Positions 54,234 to 62,780 of a DNA stretch of 62,780 bases are shown one piece after another. Each line of letters begins with the position of its first letter. Position 1 is the stretch's first letter. This stretch comes from Trypethelium eluteriae (taxonomy: Eukaryota). The stretch spans positions 1-62,780 of the forward strand of contig JAVECL010000071.1 in assembly GCA_051942245.1 (NCBI GenBank), written 5' to 3'. A model generated the notes under the pieces. It worked only from the letters and a program-made list of their open reading frames with translations, had not been told where the DNA came from and made no database searches. The position numbers were made by a program, and so were the translations under genes.

Positions 54234-54244
54234 TCGGCTTCCGA
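54234..54244. promoter_or_regulatory. TCGG-N3-CCGA GliZ/SirZ-type binding motif
   Basis: TCGGCTTCCGA in the divergent promoter between the gliI-like and DMATS genes. Confidence 0.6.
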
Positions 54245-54505
54245 AAGTGGACTTAGACACGACCATCATATTTTCGACAAACTAGTAAGGCGAAATCAGG
54301 CATTCATTCTAAATATTTAGTTGATCTATCTTAACTAGCGGGAGCTAACTTGGGCAAGATGTCTACAGCAGTTCCGCTTTTTGTTGCGTTGCTTTACCAG
54401 CTTCTCCGTGCAAGTAAGAGTAGACTTGTCCGATCTCCTTGAAGTAAGCCATACACCAAGAAAGATTATTCCATCATCTCACTAAGCTGTCTGATATCCG
54501 AGCAG

Positions 54506-55799
54506 ATGTGCCCATACCGCCGATTCTTCCAATGGATCAAGGGCTGCTTCCATCCGGGCACGTTCCCAGAAGCTGGCGACACGAGGTCCTTTATGTTCAC
54601 CACGCTTGCTCGCATGCTGCAGCTTGCTGGATACGATGAATCGAGTTCGCATCGTCACTTGGCATTCTTTCGAGCAGAAGTGATGCCATACCTTCGCCGC
54701 CAAAGAATTGGTCCTTGTCTCGGAAGAACAACACGATGGCACAGCTTCATGACAGATGATCATGAGCCAATTGAATTTAGCTTCAAATGGGCTGATCAGA
54801 ACACGTTGCCTACTGTTCGGTATAGCATCGAGCCAGTCAGTTTGAAGTCGGGAACAACGAAGGATCCTGCCAATCTTAGGACGGCGGCGGCGTTTGTTCA
54901 ACGTATGAAAACTTACTTTCCGGGAGCTGATTGGACCTGGTATAACATTTTAAGTGCGGGAATGCTCTGCGAAGAGCAATATTTGAAGCCCGGTCTGGTA
55001 TCTTCATCGCAAATCTTCTTTGCATTTGATCTCCTCTCATCCAGCGAGACACTAAAGGCATGCCTCATTCCATCAATGCGAGCCCAAAGCGAGGGCACAA
55101 CGAACCTAGACGTTGTCTTGCAAAGTCTGTCGCAGCTCTCCTTGGATGAAGCAATATCATCTGCGCTTGGATCATTTACGCGATACCTTGGATCAATACC
55201 CGTCAATGATCGTCCAGAGGTCGAACTCGTTGGCTTTGACTGTATTGAACCCATCAACTCCCGTCTCAAAATTTACGTCCGCTCACACCGAACATCGTTT
55301 CAAGACGTTATTAATGCTCTGACACTTGGCGGTCAATTGCGCGATGCTGATTTTGATCGCGGGCTTGCCGCACTCGAAGAACTGTGGAATGCTGTGCTTG
55401 GGCTCTCTTCTCCAGCTAACTGGGATCAGCAGCTCCCTGCCGTGAGCCATCGTACGGCAGGCATACTTTATTACTACGAATTCAAGCCTTTCTTGAAGTC
55501 GATTAAGACCAAGCTGTATATACCTGTCCGGCATTACGTCAAAAACGACCATGCTGCCGCGTTTGGTCTTTCGGAGTATCTCCAGTCTCGACCTCAAAGC
55601 CTACAAGGGGTTGACTACGCTGACGCCGTACAAATACTATGGTAAGGATATCGGGAATATAGGCAAGCAGATACTTATCTCCAATAGCTCCCGTCGGCCT
55701 CTTTGGTTGCGGTCAGGATTCCAGACTTACATCACTTGCAGCGTCGTGGAAGGGCAACTGCAGATAGCATCATACTTCAACCCGCAAGCCAGTAGTTAA
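54506..55799 (+). CDS. DMATS-family aromatic prenyltransferase (SirD/7-DMATS-like)
   Basis: WHSFMTDDHEPIEFSFKW, VRYSIEP, QIFFAFDL, FDCIEP.NSRLKIYVRS, TLGG, HRTAGILYYYEF, KLYIPVRHY..ND, G.QTYIT, YFNPQ; intron ~55642-55688. Confidence 0.92.
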
Positions 55800-56168
55800 G
55801 GTGGAAATGGACGTAAACTAAGAGCATTAATATTCCCCAATATTCCCCGACTGGGCTTAGTTGAAGAGCTGTTGTATGACGGAATTTGCAATTTGCGCAG
55901 TAACCGTTGGTTGATACTATCTTTGACTGTTGAAACAGAGGATTAAGATACCCACAACGCGAACGTCCTTGAATAAACATAGCGAGCTACCTACTTTTAC
56001 CCCGAGATACATCGCCACGTTCAGCTACTCATATTTTCCCCCCGTTTTCATCTTAGTGAACCAACCCTTTGCTCTCCTAGTAGCGCCAGAACTGTACGAT
56101 TCTGTCCATTTGCTATCTACGCAAGGAAGGTTCCGGGGTTTGGAAGGCATCTTCGACGCTTGACTCGT

Positions 56169-57468
56169 TCACCTATCAACATTCCAGCTCTTCTCAACCT
56201 GAATCGTGCCATTCCCATACCCAGCGGTCCTCTGATTCGCTTCAAAATCATTGAGTGGAATGACATCCTCCTGGCACGAACGATCACCCCTCCTCAGCGC
56301 ATCGACATTCGCCGCATAGCTGCCGTCCAATCTCTGGAAATCCTTCGAATTGGAGAACTTTGCGCCCGGCGGGCTCCTAGATGAATCTTTGCTGGATCCG
56401 AGGGTCGATCGAGACCAGACAGAGGACAAGAAGTTCATGGCGTACATGCCGGGCTTGGATTCCTTGAAAGCCCCCCACACGGGCGGAAGCGTGGGAACGC
56501 AGGTGCAAATGATACCGAGGGGTGTCTCGATAGCTTGCATGAGGATGGAATACCAAATTGAGCCAGAAAGATCTGCGCTATCAATGAAGGAGTATGGGAT
56601 CAGGCAAGTGAGTTTGATGAGAGAGGTAATCGAAGCACTACAAAAGCACGTCAGGATCAGAACCATAGCGTTCAGCCTTAGGCGCAAAAACTTACAATGT
56701 ACCAGTCAAAAACAACCCAGATAATACAATCTTACTCCCGTGACCGGTCTGCAGCCGCCAAATCAACGGAATTGGCAGCAGAAGCACGGCGAAGTCGAGG
56801 ATGACATGGATTAGACCCTCTGCTGCGCAGAACGCGTATTGATTCATACAGGTGCCAGGGCTCATCGGATAAAAGAACTTGTGCAGCGGACGACACGTGA
56901 GCAGTTGAGCAATGAAATATGACGCCCAGTAGAGGAAACAGATGATGATCAGAGAAATTGCGGAGTAGCGAAGCCACCTGTTGACGCCGAAGATCCGGAG
57001 GTAGAAGAAGAGTACGGAGATTTGGAGAATTGTTATGGTAGTTGTGCAAATGATGTTGCTGGCAGTCACAGCCTTGCTTCATGTCAACCCCAGATCCCCA
57101 TTAGTACGGTTGGGTAATTTGTACTTACCTTGATCAGTGACGGGAGTGCCGTTGGATACTGGGTCATGATGACCGTGATTGGAATAGTAGCTCCACCTTC
57201 CGTGAAGGCAAGCGTATTGCTCACTTGGTATGGCCATGACAAAACCTGCGTTTGGAATCAACATCCGCGCAAGGATTGCAACAGATCAACTCACGATAGC
57301 TAGAAGAACGAGCCAGTCGTCGGCACCATATCCGGCTTTCCTAATTTTACGGGCCCAGAACCGAAGGAACACTGTGATTGATGCGATCAACAGCAATATA
57401 TACGGCAAAATCACAGGTGCCAGTTGATGCGTTGTAGTAAGCTTGAAGGCTCTCTTTAGAAGCTCCAT
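56169..57468 (-). CDS. PTH11-like (rhodopsin-domain) integral membrane protein, no CFEM domain
   Basis: VFLRFWARK..GADDWL, ISVLFFYLRIF, CRPLHKFF, HVILDFAVLLLPIPLIWRLQ, KIVLSGLF..G, IETPLGIICTCVPTL. Confidence 0.85.
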
Positions 57469-58495
57469 TCTGAACCTTTGGATCACAGATATTGGGAACG
57501 TAAAGGTGAGCAAACGCAGAGGCTGGAGTTAGAGCGGACAATATGAATTATTAGAACAAATAGCAGCTACATGATGATAGGCTGCGTAGTGCACAGAATC
57601 AGCCTCAGCACGTCATTCTCTCGAAGTGGCGAAGTGGGTCGGTGTTCAGCTCAAGTTGTATGCACGAGTAGATGCCACCAACGCAAGCCACTGTGCCTGG
57701 TTTCAGTTACACGGCTGCAGCTTCCATCGTTAGTCCGAACGTCGGTCCGAATCGGATGAGTATGGCGTTTCTTCTATACCCGGCCTCTTCGATGGAACTC
57801 GATGCTATACGCGCTTCCAGCTCCAGCGCGTGCAATCGGCATTTGAGTTGGATTCTGCAGGCAATCGAGGCTTGAGAAATCTGCCGTGAACTCATTAATG
57901 CTATTATAAAGGCCTACTCTCTAGATCTGTGTCTCGCACATCATCTACCTCTAGAGTCTCGCTTGCTCGGTCTATATATATCGCAATACTTGGACGGCGA
58001 ATTGATAACAAATTCTTGTGAGCTGATTGGAAAAATATGCTGCAAAGATAGCAGCCCCAATTTATTCCTCTCAGAGTGCGTTAGCGTCGAATGAAGCAAC
58101 CTAAGCTGCTACCTGAGGCCATGACCGTTGGCTAAATAGCTTGAGTGGCTGATCCGAGGTTGAGCCGAGCATGATGATACTCTACTGAGTTATCATTAAT
58201 GCAGCTGAGTGCGTTCATGTAGACCTGTCGAGACATCCCTTCAATCTAGATTCACTCATTAAATAATTTGCAAAAAGAGGCTCAGTTGCTAGATAATCAT
58301 TGAGAAAATGCCCATCGAATTGACTTTGAATGGTAACGAGAACTTCAAGGCACAGCACGCCATCGATCATTTTACACACAAGAACGAATTTCGCACTATA
58401 TTCATTACATTTTCCAACGTTTATTTGCAGGCAAACTCCAATCGATTAGGTTGGCCGAGCCCAGGTAGCCCATTTGACGGGAGGAGGAATGTTTT

Positions 58496-60310
58496 TCACA
58501 GACTCATCAACAAGCTTCTGAATAGTACTCTAGCACTAGCGCTTGGAATCTGCAGAACAGGCATATCGACATTCAATTCTTTGAGGAACCAAGTGCGGGC
58601 TTCTACTGCCATGATAGAATCGACACCTTGCTCTACTAGCGTGACTTTCTCGTTTACTGACTTGTCTTGCGGGATCTGGAGGACTCTCTTCAATCGGGCA
58701 ATGAAGGATTTTGTTTTCCGGTCAGTCACTTTTACGACCATCATTCAAGTCTAGGACTATTTAGCACGTTACCTTTGATTATGTTAGAAGCCTCTTCTGC
58801 AGTCTTTGTGTCAACGAGACGAGCGCGAGCTGGGATCGTAGCAGTATTGCCAGTAAGTGCCTGAGTATCAGGGTTCTCCATAGAGTAATCGAATGGACGA
58901 ACTCAGGATCACTGCAGAATTGGGCTTGGATGCTGTCATTGTCGTAGACAGGACTCATGCCGGTAGCAATCTCGGAGCTCTCAGCATTATCCGGTTTATT
59001 GACAACAATACCTTCAGCAAAAAGTTGCAGGTAATCGTGCTCGGATATGTTACGGTATCCTATCTTGTTGAAATGGTCGAAATCCAACATCTCAGACCGT
59101 TCAGCATAGCCAATGCCTAGGAGCCAGCTCATAGCAATTGCAGAACCAGCAAGCCGCGCTTTTTACGCTGAGCAGCTAAAGCGACCATATCCTGGTTAGC
59201 AGCAACTTAACTTGTCTGACCTGAATTACCGAAAATACTTCCAAGCGACTTGAAAAGGATCAAAAACTTTAAATTAGCGGTGTAAAATGATCCATTGAGT
59301 AGTCTGCTGCCGTCGACCTTGAGTTCCAGTTGCCGATCAAAGGACTCCCAGCTAAGGTTGTCAAAAAGCTAATAATGGAGGATCATAGCACCATTGGCGA
59401 CGCCAATTACCGGGAGCATTGTTCTAAAGATTTCTCAATAGCAACGATGAAGTGAGTCACGGCTTGAGGCATCCCTAGAGAAGAAAGGTTAGGATATCTA
59501 AGTCCTTAGTCATTTGTAGAAGGAAAGTACGCTATGAATGCAATGCGATGTAACTTACAAAGACATGAACTTGACTGTGGCACTCAGCTCCTCAACCGCC
59601 TCAATGAAAGCTGGGCGGATCTTGGGATTTCGGCTGGTCAGGATAACGTTGCGAGCACCGTGAGCAGCCATCCAATAGCAGAGTGACTGGCCAAGTTGAC
59701 CGCAGAGGCCAACAAGGAAGTACGACACATCAGGTCCAAAGATATTGCCCGTATCGATTGGCTAGAGCGAGACCTCGATAGACGGAAAGTTCCAATCAAC
59801 CACGCTCAAGGAGCCCCCATTGGTGCGATGTCTATCAATACCTTGTAGCGATACTGTTGACATTATGTGCAAATTGTCATGCACTTTTAGGTTGGTCTGC
59901 CAAGTCGTCTCGATGGCCTGATAGGCCGGCTCGGTTGTTGCTTCGGGAAGAACACATGTTTCTGTCCTAATAAATTCAGAAGCATCAATGATCTGCGTGT
60001 GTAGCGGAATACATTTAGCTATCACTTTGCCGACCTCATCAGCACCTGGAGCCAGCCCCATGTTGATGAATAGAGATGCGTCGCGCGGAAGGAGCTTCTT
60101 GATCAGGCGCGGTGGGCGCTTGCGATGTACGAGGACACAATTCTTCATTTTATTTCTCTTGATCGATGAAGAGAACGAGACCATGACGCCTCTTTGCTCA
60201 GCCTCCCTACTTATGATCTCGCCGAGGACCTCATCTTGGAATGGCTAGAGAACCAAGTGGCAAGTGAGGTTAGTGCTGCTGAAAGTGCGATGAATTTGAC
60301 GGGCTAGAGG
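58496..60310 (-). pseudogene. Remnant of a reducing PKS or PKS-NRPS hybrid (ER0-KR-ACP region)
   Basis: KR SYFLVGLCGQLGQSLCYWMAAHGARNVILTSRNP, GVANGAMIL, KVDGS, GNSGQTS*VAAN; ACP EQGVDSIMAVEARTWFLKELNVDMPVLQI; several stops and frameshifts; KS/AT/DH not found. Confidence 0.85.
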
Positions 60311-61628
60311 GCACTTTTCAACCTCTGACATTTTGCTTGACTTTGGAGTGGAATAAAGTTCCTAATGGGGATAGAACGAAATTCGGTAGACGTTCCGAGA
60401 ATACCACAACACAGACCTTGTACCACTGCTGAAGGCTTCCAAAAACTATCAAATCCTTGCTGAATATGATCCCTCCGCCAATCTGATCTTCACGCTGGCT
60501 AGCCCAGTAATTGTTGTCGGCTTTATTCACGCCAAACATGCACGTAGTATACCAGCAGTTTTTGCCCCCTTTAACAACATAAATGCTACCATCAGTATTA
60601 TGCTTTTTGCACCCATAAATGGCTCATTAGCAGATCTCTCAATAGTCATAGGCGATCCAGAGTCGCCCATTCAAGCGAGCCGTGCGACATTCGCACTGTT
60701 TACCAAGGCCACTAATAAGATACCCATAGCGCTAGCAGATGTATATATGAAATACGCCGCGCTCTTATCATCTTCTGGGTCGCTTATGCTATTATATCAA
60801 CTTGTTGGCTTTAAGATTACATTACCGCAGGGCTAGACCAGCAACAACAGCCGGGATATGCATCCAATTGTGCGGCAGTGGTCCGCGGGACTTGTGCAAT
60901 AGACACATGCAAGTCAAGATAACCGGGCCATGTCTGCTTTCCAGATGTCCAGCGCGAGGCTAGAGCAGCTGCAGCGAGTGCTATGCAGGGTAGAAAACTA
61001 GAGTTCTTGCACCAAAACAACGCTGGAGGGTTTCAGGACGTGTTGGCGTCGTATGGAAAATCAAATTTGGACGTTTTGAAAGCTAGAATCACAAAACTTA
61101 AGCGCACCTTTAAACCTTCTACGAAAGTACGCGAAAATATAGCTGGTGAACACATTCTATTAAAACAAGAGATGCCAACGCAATAAGACAATAGTGAGCA
61201 ACTTGCTCAAATTCTGCATTCTATCAAAGAAATGAAAAAAACTTATAAGGGCGGAATCCTTTTAGACAACCGTATAGAGCACGGCTGAGCAAGGCACAAG
61301 CTGTGGCGGTGTACTCTACCTAACTTTACCTAAAGGTACCTCCTTAGGAGAAAGTCATTTAGGAGCAACGGCGAAGAACTATCATTCATACACATCGCGT
61401 GTAGAGTTATCAAATGAAATAAAAAGGAACGAATAGAGAACAGTATACTTACCTACACAATGTTCTAAAAGCCATAATCAGTTGTAGGAGTTCCATAGAC
61501 CCATCCTATGTGCATGATTCTGCCACGGCGGAATGTCTAAGAATCTGTGCCTGAAGTGGTCTTGAGCAAATTAGTATCCACCTGTTCATGAATGTAGTGA
61601 CGTGATTGGGCCTCCCACCCAATACCTA

Positions 61629-61809
61629 CCTTACGGCGGCTGGGGGGTTCCTCAACTGGGAATTAATACAATGTTATGTCAACTTCACAGTTATGACCGT
61701 GTTGGTCCATGTAAAGGCGGTGTTAACATGGACCAATAAGGTCATAACAGTAAAGTCGAAATAACATTGTATTAATTACCTGTTGACGAACCCCCCAGCT
61801 TCCGTAAGG
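61629..61809. mobile_element. Foldback MITE, copy 2 (181 bp, TA TSD, more diverged, inverted relative to copy 1)
   Basis: TA|CCTTACGG...CCGTAAGG|TA; 48-bp TIRs with 5 mismatches; central loop GGCGGTG. Confidence 0.9.
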
Positions 61810-61972
61810 TACCTTTGTAGAACTTCCGTCTGCTCTAGTGACTTGCTTCTCGTTGACTACTGGCTCCACCACACAACGCACAGATTGACGAAATCTACTT
61901 TGACTATCATCTGGCTCCCCCCATTTGTCTTAAAACGAGCCCCTTCATTGTAGAATCTCTGTGCCCTTTGCA

Positions 61973-62447
61973 ATGGCTTCCTCTCGTCCCATTCGATCTG
62001 TTCAAGGTAGACCTGATTATAAAGAGGTCACTACGATCGACGGCGACGATAGCTGGCGTATTGAGGAGCCTGCCCCTGACCCACCAGCCAAGCGACGGAG
62101 AGTGATGTCCACTGAGAAAGCGAAGCCTGGCCCTTCGGCGAAGCCTATTCCCGACAGCGAGGACGAGGACGAGAGCGATCCTGTCCGACCTAATATGCCG
62201 GCTCAGCGGACGCGTCAACTCACTGCCAAAGCTTCCTCAAGCACGCCCCTTCGAGTACCAGCGAAGTCGGACTCTAAAGGAAAGGGGAAGGCTAACTCAT
62301 CGGACGAATACCTTGACCTTCAGGGGTCCGAGAGTGAAGACGAAGACGAAGAAGAAGAAGACGAAGAGGACGTCGAAGACGATGATGAGGATGAAGATGG
62401 GAAGAGAGATCAGCCGTTTCACGACGTTTACCCAAAGTCCCAAGATA
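61973..62447 (+). pseudogene. Acidic low-complexity ORF interrupted by a MITE
   Basis: ATG at 61973, NLS-like PPAKRRRV and a long D/E tract; the frame enters MITE copy 3 at 62448 and stops inside it (62515). Confidence 0.5.
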
Positions 62448-62642
62448 CCTTACGGCGGCTGGGGGGTTCCTCAACAGGTAATCAGTACAATGTTACCTCA
62501 ATTCAACTGTTATGACCATATTGGCCCAATGTTAAGGCGGTGTTAACATGGACCAACAAGGCCTTAACAGTGAATTCGAACAGTGAATTCGAAATAACAT
62601 TGTATTGATTACCTGTTGAGGAACCCCCCAGCCGCCTTAATG
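62448..62642. mobile_element. Foldback MITE, copy 3 (inverted relative to copy 1; internal 13-bp duplication; damaged right end)
   Basis: Near-identical to the reverse complement of copy 1; TA at 62446-47; CAGTGAATTCGAA duplicated at 62568-62593; right end GCCGCCTTAATG instead of GCCGCCGTAAGG. Confidence 0.9.
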
Positions 62643-62780
62643 ATGTTGTAACAAACAACTGAATCGGAGGAAAGAACTCAATTGACCTATCTAGGTCGCC
62701 CGAGGTGCAGGCTGTTATATAGACCTCCCTATCTGGGTGAGGGCGAAGGAAAATGAACTAATAACTACAGGGCGTAAGGA

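Noticed and set aside
61327..61338. TACCTAAAGGTA (and TACCTTAAGGTTA near 29368) as MITE excision footprints
   Set aside because: Too short to distinguish from chance palindromes
60310..61620. Continuation of the PKS or an autonomous transposase for the MITEs
   Set aside because: AT-richer sequence with only short ORFs; no DDE, RT or PKS motifs seen

Overview
Filamentous ascomycete genomic DNA with spliceosomal introns; the species cannot be determined. The left ~24 kb is ordinary housekeeping territory: two hypothetical proteins, an aldehyde dehydrogenase, Ran/GSP1, a GT90 glycosyltransferase, a DUF2264 protein, an Irc21-like cytochrome b5 protein, a small coiled-coil protein and MSH6. From ~27.5 to 55.8 kb lies an apparently intact 13-gene epipolythiodioxopiperazine (ETP; gliotoxin/sirodesmin-type) cluster. 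It has N-, T-, A-, P-, C-, M-, G-, Z-, K-, J- and I-like genes, a second P450 and a DMATS prenyltransferase. Decayed secondary-metabolism genes flank it: a diterpene synthase remnant and an aldo-keto reductase with a nonsense codon on the left, and a reducing-PKS remnant on the right. Three copies of a ~181-bp TA-flanked foldback MITE occur, one inside the cluster and two at the right end. All calls come from motif recognition by eye, with no database search, and intron boundaries are approximate.
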